64,000 nt of DNA, taken from the IMG/VR virus record IMGVR_UViG_3300020213_000001. One strand, given 5' to 3'. The DNA comes from a virus. Both the position numbers and the translations under genes were made by a program. Shown here piece after piece: positions 28,678 through 38,611 of this stretch (its first letter is position 1; each line of letters starts with the position of its first letter). Below the pieces are notes generated by a model that saw only the letters and a program-made list of their open reading frames with translations, was not told the DNA's origin and searched no databases.

Positions 28678-29499
28678 TCATACATTTTTTTTGTTTTTCT
28701 TGCTGCGGCTTATTTTAGCTGGGACATTGGGAAGTCCGTATTTTCCACGCTGTTCTTCAAACCCGTCGTAGTCTGGAGAAATATAGCTTATCTTACCATC
28801 AACATGTCCGAAACCCTTAGCTAAGTACGTGATACGACAGCGGCAATTAATATGGAGTCCACATAGACTTGGAAACTGTCCACCTGGAGTGTAATAGGAA
28901 GACGTAATTTCGGATAGTTTCCAGTACCTAGGTGTTATCCTGTCCGGCAGCGTATGCAGGATGTATTCATAAGGTCCTGTAACCTCGTCGTGTACAACAA
29001 TGAAAAACACCGTTGGGTCATTGTTTCCTGCCACTTTTCCAATTTTAGAGATATTAAGGGCGGTACCTGTGTTTCCAGAGCGTTGTGACTCTGCATTTGC
29101 TATCAATCTTACGTGATTGTTGGATAAATCCAACTCCTTTTGTACGATTTCCTTAATATCACTAGCTTTTAGTGACTTGTTCCCCATCACTAGCTCCTGA
29201 GAGTGAGCAGTTACTTCGTTTACAACTCTAGCTACGGTTTTAGTTTTAATAGCTTCCATGTAACTATTGGCTACATTCAAAAGCCCTTTAAGAACTTCTT
29301 CTTCGTCTCTGTCAGCCTTGCGATCACCCAAGGCTTGAAAAAAAAGAGAGGTTAAGCTGTTTTTGTTGCTTGAAATAGTTAGTTTTTTGTCTTTAGATAT
29401 TTTAGGGATAATCCCTAGAAAATCCATAGTAACGCTATCAAATTTAGCGCCCACTAGCTGAGCTATTTTTTGAATAAGGTCGAAGGAGATGTTTCTCAT
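28678..29499 (-). CDS. MuF/SPP1 gp7-like head morphogenesis protein
   Basis: RLIANAESQ, GLHINCRC; close to the portal. Confidence 0.75.
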   Translation of the reverse strand: MRNISFDLIQKIAQLVGAKFDSVTMDFLGIIPKISKDKKLTISSNKNSLTSLFFQALGDRKADRDEEEVLKGLLNVANSYMEAIKTKTVARVVNEVTAHSQELVMGNKSLKASDIKEIVQKELDLSNNHVRLIANAESQRSGNTGTALNISKIGKVAGNNDPTVFFIVVHDEVTGPYEYILHTLPDRITPRYWKLSEITSSYYTPGGQFPSLCGLHINCRCRITYLAKGFGHVDGKISYISPDYDGFEEQRGKYGLPNVPAKISRSKKNKKNV

Positions 29500-30077
29500 T
29501 ATTTGATTTCAATATTAAGACCAGAATCTTCAATCAACTTGTCAATACCGGAGCCAGCACTTGAGGACTCTTTAGCCCATTTATCAAGAATACTATTTAC
29601 TAATGTTTTCTGAGCAGAGATAACCTTTGTGGAATTGTCTTTAAACGCTCTTTCTTTTTGAGTTTTGCGCAAAATAGCAATTGCCTCTACTGCTTTACGC
29701 ATATCAATAACCGAAGGCTTTTCGCCTTTTTGAACTAAGCTGGCTAGTTCATTAATATGCTGATCAAGTTCGCTCTGACCTTCTTCCGTAGGCATTTCTT
29801 CGCCGGACATTTCCTGCCCTTCTTCCATAGGAGCGCCCTGAGCATTTGGATCTTGAGCATTTGGATCTTGACTAGGATCAATAGGTTGACCGTTTTCGTC
29901 AACCTGCTGTCCCATCATGGCAGCTTCCTGTGCGGCTTGCTGCTGCATTTGCTGCTGCATTTGCTGCATTTGAGAGTCTTTCATTCCCTGCTCATAGCCC
30001 AAACGGAATGCAACGTCTTTTACTTCAAGAAATTGACCACGAATGTCCATGTACTTTTTTTTCCAATCCGCTGACAT
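29499..30077 (-). CDS. Gln/acidic low-complexity head-associated protein
   Basis: MQQQ and DPNAQ repeats; between portal and MuF-like genes. Confidence 0.7.
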   Translation of the reverse strand: MSADWKKKYMDIRGQFLEVKDVAFRLGYEQGMKDSQMQQMQQQMQQQAAQEAAMMGQQVDENGQPIDPSQDPNAQDPNAQGAPMEEGQEMSGEEMPTEEGQSELDQHINELASLVQKGEKPSVIDMRKAVEAIAILRKTQKERAFKDNSTKVISAQKTLVNSILDKWAKESSSAGSGIDKLIEDSGLNIEIK

Positions 30078-30092
30078 ATTAGCTCCTATTTA

Positions 30093-31856
30093 TTAATTTT
30101 CTGTATCGTCCATCATATCTTTTATTAACATATCCAAAATCTCCATAGCGTCTGGACGAGTAGCATAGTAAGCTGCGACAGCCGCTGGATTATACTGAGT
30201 CAGAGCTTGCATGTTTGTACTCCAGAACTGATCACGCCTATATCTTAGGGTAGGATCAACACCGGCGGCTGGAGATTCATTGAAAGTATGAATAATATCA
30301 GAAACATTGTTGTAAGCGTCTAACGTTTGTCTATATCCGGGGTTAAGTGGGATTTTAGGAGACAGACCTGGAGAAATCGGATCTTTTTGAACTTCACTAA
30401 GAACATCTGCATAGCTCATGTGTATGCTCATTTCTGAAGTAATTCGTTGTGATTCCTTTTCTCTGCTTTCGGCATCTAATCCAGACAGCGTAATTTCGCA
30501 AATTTCTGCCAATTCTGGGTCGATGAGTGGAAGGATTTTGTAGTTAAGGAATGTTTGCCAATGATTAATAAGGGGTTTTAGGGAAATATCACGGGCGGCG
30601 GTTAGTTTCCATTCATTGTTACTCTCAGACATTGACTGATTGTTTGTACCCTTGGATAAGTGTGCAAATCCAGGCAACTCGTCTGGAGACATGCCGAATG
30701 CTGAAAGGATATTTCTTGTAGTTTGATCAAATAGATATTCAAACTCTCCGTCTTTCTTGTTGGGAGTAGTTTGTATCCATTCAACGTTCTCTTCTTTTCC
30801 TACGCCAAAGATAGGTGTTCTGAAAGAATTGTCTACGTTGTTAATGCTTGCTTGAAAATTCTGCTTAATATCTTCAATATCTTCCTTATTGATATCGTCA
30901 GACTTAATAACAAGCATACCCTTGGCTGCCTTGCCGTTCTGAAAGTAAAGCTTATTGTAAACTTCAATAGAACTGTGAGTAGTAACGGCTGTGATAATAG
31001 TGTCTAGCGGAGTGACTGGGTAGCCGTTATGCTCAATATCTGTGCTTGGGTATAGATTGTGAACTACCATCTCATCAGGTGAAAATGCCTGTGTTGGAAT
31101 TCCTTCAATAACCTGTACCCAGTCATACTGGTCTTTTTCAATCATTTCAGGATTAATCTTTACACCAGTTAGGTTTTGCAACAGTGCTATTGAGCCTCTT
31201 CTGATACTGGTATGAGCGTCACTGCTTTTTACAGCGTGATAGATTGTTCCCGCATCTACAGGGCGAAACCTGTTAAATACTTTATTTTCTGTATCTGAAT
31301 AGATGATCTCTGTAGAGAACTGACCAAAACTAAGACCGTTTATAGTTTGCGAATAGAAGAATTCAGAAAGAGTCATCTTCTCTTTCTCTCCGAGTCCTTC
31401 TGTAAGTCCGCAATTCAAGAGAATTTTATTAGCTCTATCAATTCTTTCTTGAATCTTAATCATCTGTTCTGGTTCAACTATCTTTTTAAACTCTTCCCTC
31501 AAAACAGTTCTAATACCTACATCAAACCTATCCGCTTGGATTTTACCAAACATGCTCATTACGTTTCCGCGAGCGCGCATGATACCTGCGATTAACAGGT
31601 TACCAACCCTGATTTGCTTGATAACATAGGGAGGAAGTAGCCTGCGCCTTATCTTATAAACACCAGCATAACTATCGTTTTGCCTAGGGTTTTCTGTAAC
31701 CGATAGCCTTGGAACTTTACGGCTTTTGTTGGCAGACCCCATTGCGTTTTTTATAAGGTCGTTATAAAAAGCAGGAGACTGAGCAATGGGCATATTCATA
31801 GTATCAGCACTATTAAATATGATTGGTTTTCTTACTGTTTTAGTTTCGTCAGTCAT
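30093..31856 (-). CDS. portal protein
   Basis: RPVDAGTI, GYPVTPLD, NKLYFQNG...GML, KDGEF, ILSAFGMSPDEL. Confidence 0.88.
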   Translation of the reverse strand: MTDETKTVRKPIIFNSADTMNMPIAQSPAFYNDLIKNAMGSANKSRKVPRLSVTENPRQNDSYAGVYKIRRRLLPPYVIKQIRVGNLLIAGIMRARGNVMSMFGKIQADRFDVGIRTVLREEFKKIVEPEQMIKIQERIDRANKILLNCGLTEGLGEKEKMTLSEFFYSQTINGLSFGQFSTEIIYSDTENKVFNRFRPVDAGTIYHAVKSSDAHTSIRRGSIALLQNLTGVKINPEMIEKDQYDWVQVIEGIPTQAFSPDEMVVHNLYPSTDIEHNGYPVTPLDTIITAVTTHSSIEVYNKLYFQNGKAAKGMLVIKSDDINKEDIEDIKQNFQASINNVDNSFRTPIFGVGKEENVEWIQTTPNKKDGEFEYLFDQTTRNILSAFGMSPDELPGFAHLSKGTNNQSMSESNNEWKLTAARDISLKPLINHWQTFLNYKILPLIDPELAEICEITLSGLDAESREKESQRITSEMSIHMSYADVLSEVQKDPISPGLSPKIPLNPGYRQTLDAYNNVSDIIHTFNESPAAGVDPTLRYRRDQFWSTNMQALTQYNPAAVAAYYATRPDAMEILDMLIKDMMDDTEN

Positions 31857-31859
31857 ATT

Positions 31860-32804
31860 TTACTCTGCGCTTGTATAAAATACAGATGCTACGTCTGTAG
31901 ATTTATTAGTAATACTGGCACTAAAGGTTTCGCCGCTTTTTAGGAAAACACCCTTTTTTGCCTTAATACCGGCGCGCATTGGGTTAATTTCAATAGCGGC
32001 AGTTCCATTAAGGACTAGTTCTAGTTTTTTATCCGATTCAATATAGAGGAAGTTCTTTGAATTGTTATAAATGTAAAGACGTGTTTGAATATTTGTTTCT
32101 TCAGGTAGGGAGTTGATGCTATACACTTCCAAATACTCTGGGTTTACATCGGTAATTTCATAAGTATTAAAAGTAACGGAACTAAAACCGCTTGTAATTT
32201 TAACCTTATCGCCAATCTGAACACCGGCAGACCCAAAGTTTTGCAAATCAGTGGCAAAATCTGCACCAAGAACAACAACTTCTTCAGCACCGGCTAAGTT
32301 TTTAACTTGAAAGCTAGTAGCGTTGAAGGCTAAAACAGTGAATCGACCCTGATTAGCCGTGTTAAACCCCTCACCAAGCCTGACATCGTCTCCTACTAGC
32401 ATACCGTTGCTGATTAGGTCTAGAGCTGTTCCAGCAGTGCTAGTAAAGGTCAAAATAGGCCCGTTCTTGGTTACTGTTATCTCTGTAGTGGCATCAGCGC
32501 CTGGGAAATTAGCACTTCTAAAATCAGGAGCGGTACCGGAATTGTTTTTGATAATATAGGTGCTTGAGGTATTGGGTTTTAGCGATATATCGTAAGTAGT
32601 TGTATTGTCGTCGGAGATTGCAATAACACCACTAAAAAGCTCTAGAGTCTGTCCCGCTTGTAATTTCAGCAACTTAGAGTAAATTTCACTAGCATCTAAA
32701 GCTTGCTCGTCGTGCGTCCATCGTGATACATTCTTTGTACTGCTATTTGTGGGACTAACGTCATCATATCCTGAAATATGGACGAGTAGGTTGATTTTGC
32801 TCAT
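31860..32804 (-). CDS. beta-rich virion structural protein
   Basis: Thr/Ser/Gly-rich with two GD.V repeats; between TerL and portal; start probably MSKINL. Confidence 0.6.
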   Translation of the reverse strand: MSKINLLVHISGYDDVSPTNSSTKNVSRWTHDEQALDASEIYSKLLKLQAGQTLELFSGVIAISDDNTTTYDISLKPNTSSTYIIKNNSGTAPDFRSANFPGADATTEITVTKNGPILTFTSTAGTALDLISNGMLVGDDVRLGEGFNTANQGRFTVLAFNATSFQVKNLAGAEEVVVLGADFATDLQNFGSAGVQIGDKVKITSGFSSVTFNTYEITDVNPEYLEVYSINSLPEETNIQTRLYIYNNSKNFLYIESDKKLELVLNGTAAIEINPMRAGIKAKKGVFLKSGETFSASITNKSTDVASVFYTSAE

Positions 32805-32909
32805 TATTTTCTCCAAGATTATCTATAATACCATTAAAAGATTGCAGTTTTTCCCCATTTAAGCAGCAAGTATGGTATTTTATAACCGTTTGTTGTAAAA
32901 ACAGCTTTT

Positions 32910-34784
32910 TTACCACACAATCTGGCGTTTTGGAATAATAGCATCTGTTTTTGGCTTACCCTTGTCGTCAGACGCAAGATTGGTGATAATCCTTTCCATG
33001 GCTTGTTTGGTAGCAGCAAGAACTGTTTCTTGAGGAGCAAGCTCTTTTACGATAAGGGGTTTACGGCTAGTGTCGATCTGACCCGCAGTAGATAGCATGA
33101 TTTTTTTATTAGAACCAAAAATTTGACTAATAGGGTATCTTAGAGAGTCCATTTGGTCGCTTATTGCAGTCCCGTCTTTATCGTGATAAGGGACTTCCGT
33201 TGGATCTCCCTTGGCATCAAGCTTCCACCTATATACTCCAAATGCATCAATAAATTTCTGAGTTTCTGGCCTTTTTACAATGAATAGGCGGCGCTTACTA
33301 GATGAGTCTATTATTGCAGATTGAACAGAGGCAATCCCTTCTTTTACATCTTTAACGAAATCAGGAACTTGCAGTCCACCTTTTTTTAAACTCTTTACCA
33401 AGTCAGGTCTGTTTTGATCTACATACCACTTAGACATATTCCATTTTTGTTGAAAATCATTACAAACTTTGATAACATCACTTGTTTCAAGTTCATTTTC
33501 CAGAAAACAATCAAGCACCCAAAACTCTCCATTGGGCATAATAGCTATAGCCAACAAAGATGTGAAGTCGGTAAAACCCCAATCTGCTCCACCAATAATG
33601 CTGACGCCTAGAGTGTTAAGGTAGTCTTTTAGGTATTCAAAGGAGACGCTGATTGGCCTATCACCTGTGATTTTTTCAATCGCCTGCTCTGGTGTAAGCG
33701 TATTTAGGCTTACTTCAAAACGAGGATAAACCAACCCCGAGGTTGATGGTTTTTCACATAGTAACTGTGCTGTAGCAGTTGGTGTGTCAATCTTTCTAAA
33801 TAAGTTACGTACTTGCTTTACGGTTTTATAAAGACCACCAACATCATCTTCTGGCCTATCTACAAGCATATTTTTCATAACAGGTAGTAGTGGGTGTTCG
33901 GCGATACCAGCATATGCGTTAAACTGCTCGTATCTGTTTTTTTCTTTATCCGTTAGTGTTTCAAACTCTTCTGGAGATAGATTCGACATTGGTAGTTGAG
34001 TGGTGATATAGCGCAAAACCTTAGGCTCACTAATTAAAGCCTCTTCGTTGGGGATTTTTTGGGTTATATCAATAATATTCCAACGTAAAACCTTTCCTCC
34101 AGATTTTTCCACTGCCTTTAGGGTTTTCTCCATAAGGCCACCTGAGAATTTCCTGGTACTTAAATAAACTGTAAGTGGCTGATACCTCTTATAGCTAGAG
34201 GGAATCATTTTAGCTTCCTCTAGTGCTTTTGGGTTTGCAATAACATCAATTTCATCACAAAACAACATCGGTGTGTGCTCAGAGTTAGCTCCAGCGACGG
34301 TAGCGATTACAACCTTAATGTAAATCTCCTCACCCTCATCTGTAAGCCATGAGATGTGTCTAGTGTTCTCTGTGCTTTGTTTCCATCCATGAGCCTTTAG
34401 ATATGGTGTGATTTTACGAAAAAAGTTAGACAAGTAACTTACTGATTTAGCTGATTGTGAGCTAATTGCTGATAGAATACAGGCACTTAATCTAAGGTGA
34501 ATTAAACATATAACCGCCGCCGCCGCTGCTGCTAGTGACTTACCAGAGTCACGGCTAGATAGCATGACTATTTCAGGACAATCTACGCTTTCTCCAGTCA
34601 ACATTAGTCGGTAAATTTCATATATAGCGTCACAGGGGCCGTGCGTAGACTCTGGGCAGACTACACCGGCTGGAAAACGGATATCAAAATACACATCAAG
34701 CCAATCCTGCATTTCTTCTACAGAATTTAGTTTTTTAAATATGTTTTCCGTTTTTATTTTTTCAATTTGCTCTTCTTCGGTCAT
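32910..34784 (-). CDS. terminase large subunit
   Basis: SSRDSGKS (Walker A), LFCDE (Walker B), YLST, GLVYPRF, GADWG, DQMDSLRY. Confidence 0.9.
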   Translation of the reverse strand: MTEEEQIEKIKTENIFKKLNSVEEMQDWLDVYFDIRFPAGVVCPESTHGPCDAIYEIYRLMLTGESVDCPEIVMLSSRDSGKSLAAAAAAVICLIHLRLSACILSAISSQSAKSVSYLSNFFRKITPYLKAHGWKQSTENTRHISWLTDEGEEIYIKVVIATVAGANSEHTPMLFCDEIDVIANPKALEEAKMIPSSYKRYQPLTVYLSTRKFSGGLMEKTLKAVEKSGGKVLRWNIIDITQKIPNEEALISEPKVLRYITTQLPMSNLSPEEFETLTDKEKNRYEQFNAYAGIAEHPLLPVMKNMLVDRPEDDVGGLYKTVKQVRNLFRKIDTPTATAQLLCEKPSTSGLVYPRFEVSLNTLTPEQAIEKITGDRPISVSFEYLKDYLNTLGVSIIGGADWGFTDFTSLLAIAIMPNGEFWVLDCFLENELETSDVIKVCNDFQQKWNMSKWYVDQNRPDLVKSLKKGGLQVPDFVKDVKEGIASVQSAIIDSSSKRRLFIVKRPETQKFIDAFGVYRWKLDAKGDPTEVPYHDKDGTAISDQMDSLRYPISQIFGSNKKIMLSTAGQIDTSRKPLIVKELAPQETVLAATKQAMERIITNLASDDKGKPKTDAIIPKRQIVW

Positions 34785-34825
34785 CTTCTATAATCCACGT
34801 ATTTATCTCAAGAACTTAGACATGA

Positions 34826-36568
34826 TTACTTTTTACCTACACTTTCAATACTTCTGTTGAAATCATTATTATCATAGGTATCCTGCCTCTCTAGTTGGTT
34901 ATCCCTGGGATAGGCTACGATACCACCCAAAGTACCCATTACAGACGAAATACTAACGGCGTTGATTAGTGCCTGCTTTACTGCTTCTGTAGCATCAAAA
35001 ACATCTGTTTCCTTGATTTTATCATATTGGTTATTTTCAATGTCATAAACCAATTTAGGGTCGTCAATCAATGTCTGCAGTACTTTCTTAATCTCATCTC
35101 CATTGTGGCCTGAGTTATCCAAAAGCCTATAGATGGGAGAAAACAGGCTTGGTACTATTACTTCTTTAATGATAGAGCTATCTTCTTTCTGAAGTTCTAG
35201 AGCAAGATTGATTAAAACCCTACCTCCACCCGGTAAACACCCGCTTTTAATAGTAGCCCTAACGGCGCAAACAGCATCTTCAGCCCTGTCAGCCTTCTCT
35301 TTAAGCTCTCCATCACTAGATCCATAAACCTTAAGCTGTGCAATTCCAGAGGTTAGAATACCAAGACTCTCTTCTAGTAGAGATTTTTCTAGCTTACTTT
35401 CAGACTGTTCAATTCTAGCCTTAAGTTCATCAGCCCTAACCTCTACATTAGTTGAGTCTGGATTACCTACAATTGTAGTCCTGAAGCGATAGATGTCAAT
35501 CTTTTCAGCGCCAGAGCCTAGGTCTTCTATTTTAAGTTCCGAAAGAGGATTTTGCATATCGAAAATCTTAGCACCCGTAAACGCCGAAACATCCATTAGA
35601 AAATTTAACTCTGAGTTAATCAAGGCGTTGATTGGAACACGAACTGGAACTGCTTTAACTGCAGATTCGGCATTAGAGAAGTTAAAGGTTAGAAAGTTAA
35701 GAACATTTTCTGTAAAGGCATGGGCGAAAATAACAACGTTTCCGTTTTCAAGTTGTTTGTCATTGAACTTATAACCAACAAACCTAAGAGCATCTACAAT
35801 TTGACTAGGATCTGACAATCGCCCATCAAACAACACATAGTGGGGTTTTTCTAGAGAACAACGTTGATAGCCCTGATCGTTTATGAAGGAGGCGTGGAAT
35901 TTACCACAAGACTCCTCATAACCACGGTTTACTGGAAACCCTTCGACCAGAGAGGTTTCATATTTATCAGACATACCCGATAGCTCTTGAATTGTAACGT
36001 GTGATGATCCAGAAAAACCAGTGATTTCAAAGGCTTTCATAACTGCCTCTGACATAAGGGTGTCTCCGTTTGCAGATACCCTAGCAACCTTTTCCAGCAA
36101 GTCTTGATTTTTAACGCCTACTTTGATAGAAGATTTTTCAATAAATGGTAGCATCTTATCATTTAAGAGCCTGGTGATGGTTCTAGCCACTTTCTGTGGG
36201 CTATTTTTGGGATATTTTTTGCAGTAAGCAAATAGGTTTTGGATAAAGCTGCTTAGCAGGATAGAACAAGTGGTAGTTCCATCTCCAGCCTCTCCAGCTA
36301 CTTTGATTGCAGAGCCCATTAGTTGATTAAGTATAAGATGCTCATAGGCATCAAAAGCGCCTAATGATTTGAAAACTGTCATCCCGTCCTTAGTGTTAGA
36401 ACTGGGAATATTGGGTAGATCACTTTCAATAAGTACACACTTGCCGCCAGGACCTAGTGTAGATCCTACAATTTCGCTAACTCTTTTTGTAACCCTCAAA
36501 ATCAAGCTTTCTAAGAATTCCGGGTCTGAAGAGAATATTTTAGGTGAAGTTTTTACTTTACGGGTCAT
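34826..36568 (-). CDS. groEL: phage GroEL-like chaperonin
   Basis: STLGPGG, TKDGMTV, AGDGTTT, SANGD, EDAVCAVRA, LPGGG; no GGM tail. Confidence 0.92.
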   Translation of the reverse strand: MTRKVKTSPKIFSSDPEFLESLILRVTKRVSEIVGSTLGPGGKCVLIESDLPNIPSSNTKDGMTVFKSLGAFDAYEHLILNQLMGSAIKVAGEAGDGTTTCSILLSSFIQNLFAYCKKYPKNSPQKVARTITRLLNDKMLPFIEKSSIKVGVKNQDLLEKVARVSANGDTLMSEAVMKAFEITGFSGSSHVTIQELSGMSDKYETSLVEGFPVNRGYEESCGKFHASFINDQGYQRCSLEKPHYVLFDGRLSDPSQIVDALRFVGYKFNDKQLENGNVVIFAHAFTENVLNFLTFNFSNAESAVKAVPVRVPINALINSELNFLMDVSAFTGAKIFDMQNPLSELKIEDLGSGAEKIDIYRFRTTIVGNPDSTNVEVRADELKARIEQSESKLEKSLLEESLGILTSGIAQLKVYGSSDGELKEKADRAEDAVCAVRATIKSGCLPGGGRVLINLALELQKEDSSIIKEVIVPSLFSPIYRLLDNSGHNGDEIKKVLQTLIDDPKLVYDIENNQYDKIKETDVFDATEAVKQALINAVSISSVMGTLGGIVAYPRDNQLERQDTYDNNDFNRSIESVGKK

Positions 36569-36604
36569 GGTTTCTCCTGATATATTACCTATAATACCAC
36601 GTTA

Positions 36605-36775
36605 TTACTCCAGCTCCCGTGATTTCTTGTTAAAACACTCTTCACAATATGTAGTATCCCTACTACCTTCTTCTCTTTTTTTGGGATTTGGGTCGTATTT
36701 GCTAAAGAGACATAGCTCCTCATGTTTACTTGCTTTGTATTTAGGACAGGTGCAGCATTCCCATTCAGTCGTCAC
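36605..36775 (-). CDS. 56-aa Cys-rich (Zn-finger-like) protein
   Basis: Not in the track. GTG start with GGAGG RBS; MTTEWECCTCPK...YCEECFNKKSRELE. Confidence 0.65.
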   Translation of the reverse strand: MTTEWECCTCPKYKASKHEELCLFSKYDPNPKKREEGSRDTTYCEECFNKKSRELE

Positions 36776-36791
36776 GTATATCCTCCATATA

Positions 36792-37787
36792 TCAGCTTAA
36801 CCCCAGTTTACGTGAAGGTTTCTTACTAAACGATTCTTTAAATCTTTTCTTATGTTCAACAAGCTGTTCAGTAGCCTGTTTAACGGTAATGTTGTCAATT
36901 TTAGATCTGACTACGATTTCTTGCAAATGGGCGATTGAAAATTCATTTGAGGCAGCAAGGGTGGCAGATGCGGCTTCTTCTTCAGATAACACATCCTTTT
37001 CAAGGATAAAGCCAAGAAGTTCCGCACATTCCTTAGCACTTGGTGTTTTCATTTCAATCACCCTGTCAAACCTACCGGGGCGGTCAATTAGAGCACCCAC
37101 AGATCTTTCTGGATTATTGGTAGTCCCTATGATGAAAGTGGGAACGCTAGAGAAAGAAGTTCCTACTCCGTCCAATAGATTAAGTAGGCTAGAGCTGGAA
37201 CGCCTTGTAGATCCCTCATGCCCATCTGAGGAAGACCCCTCGATGTCTTCAATAATCAGAATAAGTTTTTCGACATCTTTAAAATTAGAATCAAGCTGAA
37301 AGAAATTATTAACATCTGAAGCATCAATTGAGGAGGTGTCCCAAATAATTACGCACGTTCCTGGCATTTTTAGGAAAGTTTTGGCTACTTCGTTGATTGC
37401 ACTAGACTTCCCAACTCCTGGTGGGGAACATAGCAACAAAGCACGCTTAGGTTCTCTTTTAAGCTCTTTATATACATGAAGTCTATTGAAAAAATTGTTG
37501 CCTTCCTCGATTATCTGGCTAGTGTTGTCAATTGTCTTTAATAGATTATAGTTTTTAAGTTCAAGCTTATCCAGTGCAATACCTAAAGATGTATTAACTA
37601 TACAGAAACATCCTGGTTTGACTTTATACTTTTCCCTGTCTTTTTCTTCTTCTAAAAACTCAAACTGGATCAATTCCTTTTCAGTCTGAACAGACAAGTC
37701 TGATTCTGGTATCTCTACCTCGTAACCACCAGCCAAATCTTCCAGTCTAGTTACTTTTATAACTTTGAATTTACCTGTTTTTAACAT
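36792..37787 (-). CDS. AAA+ ATPase
   Basis: SPPGVGKS, IIEDIE, LLNLLDG, TTNNPE, DRPGRFD. Confidence 0.9.
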   Translation of the reverse strand: MLKTGKFKVIKVTRLEDLAGGYEVEIPESDLSVQTEKELIQFEFLEEEKDREKYKVKPGCFCIVNTSLGIALDKLELKNYNLLKTIDNTSQIIEEGNNFFNRLHVYKELKREPKRALLLCSPPGVGKSSAINEVAKTFLKMPGTCVIIWDTSSIDASDVNNFFQLDSNFKDVEKLILIIEDIEGSSSDGHEGSTRRSSSSLLNLLDGVGTSFSSVPTFIIGTTNNPERSVGALIDRPGRFDRVIEMKTPSAKECAELLGFILEKDVLSEEEAASATLAASNEFSIAHLQEIVVRSKIDNITVKQATEQLVEHKKRFKESFSKKPSRKLGLS

Positions 37788-37789
37788 TT

Positions 37790-38002
37790 TTATCCCTTAA
37801 TTTTTGTTCTTCTTTTACTAATCTTATGCTCAAGACTGTTCAGTTTTTCTCTTCTCAAGTCTGTACCGCTAAAGCAACTTTTTTCTTTTAGGTAAAACTC
37901 ATTGCTATCAAAAAGATTGTTTTTTTTATTAATGTCACTCCATTCCCTTTTACTCTCATGGAGAAACAAATTAGATAAATATTTATCATATCTACAAATC
38001 AT
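37790..38002 (-). CDS. hypothetical protein
   Basis: 70-aa ORF in the operon. Confidence 0.5.
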   Translation of the reverse strand: MICRYDKYLSNLFLHESKREWSDINKKNNLFDSNEFYLKEKSCFSGTDLRREKLNSLEHKISKRRTKIKG

Positions 38003-38062
38003 AGCTGTTCCTTTTTCATTTATACAGGACTACTCACGATCCGACCATGGAGAAGAGGTATA

Positions 38063-38503
38063 TTAAAGATTCTCTTTTTTATTACTAGCCTGCTTCCTTT
38101 TTTCTAAAACCTTGTCAAAATCAATATCCATTATTTCTTTTTCAGCATAGGCGGCGTCTTCCTGTCTGTTTTTGACTGTTTTTTCAATCTTTTCAAGTAT
38201 CTGTTTTTCCTCAGTTTCGTATTGCTCTCGTATAAGTGCTTGAATTTTAATCAACTCGTCTCCCCAAAACTTAAGTTCAATGCGGGCTAATTCAAGCATT
38301 TTAAATGCCCTGTTAGCCTTGATTTCAATCTCTGTGGTTTCCTTACCTTCCTTATACGCAGCGTACTCGGGACTGCATGGTGAGCTGTTAGCCCAATTGT
38401 GTAGTAAGTCACTATCGTTACATTTCAATGCCTTACCCGTGTGTCTTGCCTGTAAATCTAGATAAATGCACTTACGTTCATTTCCCATGCTAGATAATAC
38501 CAT
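38063..38503 (-). CDS. hypothetical protein
   Basis: 146-aa ORF. Confidence 0.65.
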   Translation of the reverse strand: MVLSSMGNERKCIYLDLQARHTGKALKCNDSDLLHNWANSSPCSPEYAAYKEGKETTEIEIKANRAFKMLELARIELKFWGDELIKIQALIREQYETEEKQILEKIEKTVKNRQEDAAYAEKEIMDIDFDKVLEKRKQASNKKENL

Positions 38504-38556
38504 AGATTTTACAGTTGACTAGAAATGGAAGCAGCATCCTTTCATAAAAAGGAAAT

Positions 38557-38581
38557 AAAAAAGGCTACCGAAGTAGCCTTT
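38557..38581 (-). terminator. intrinsic terminator after the major capsid gene
   Basis: Minus strand AAAGGCTAC-TTCG-GTAGCCTTTTTT (C-UUCG-G tetraloop). Confidence 0.9.
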
Positions 38582-38611
38582 CTTATTAAGTGTTTTTTAG
38601 AAACTTAAGGA

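Noticed and set aside
4512-34784. Inteins or introns in DnaE, NrdJ, helicase or TerL
   Set aside because: ORFs are continuous and of ordinary length, with no C..HN splice motifs or LAGLIDADG blocks
34826-36568. Bacterial chromosome or prophage boundary suggested by groEL, dnaE and nrdJ
   Set aside because: These genes are highly divergent, interleaved with virion genes and share phage promoter motifs; no integrase or att site seen
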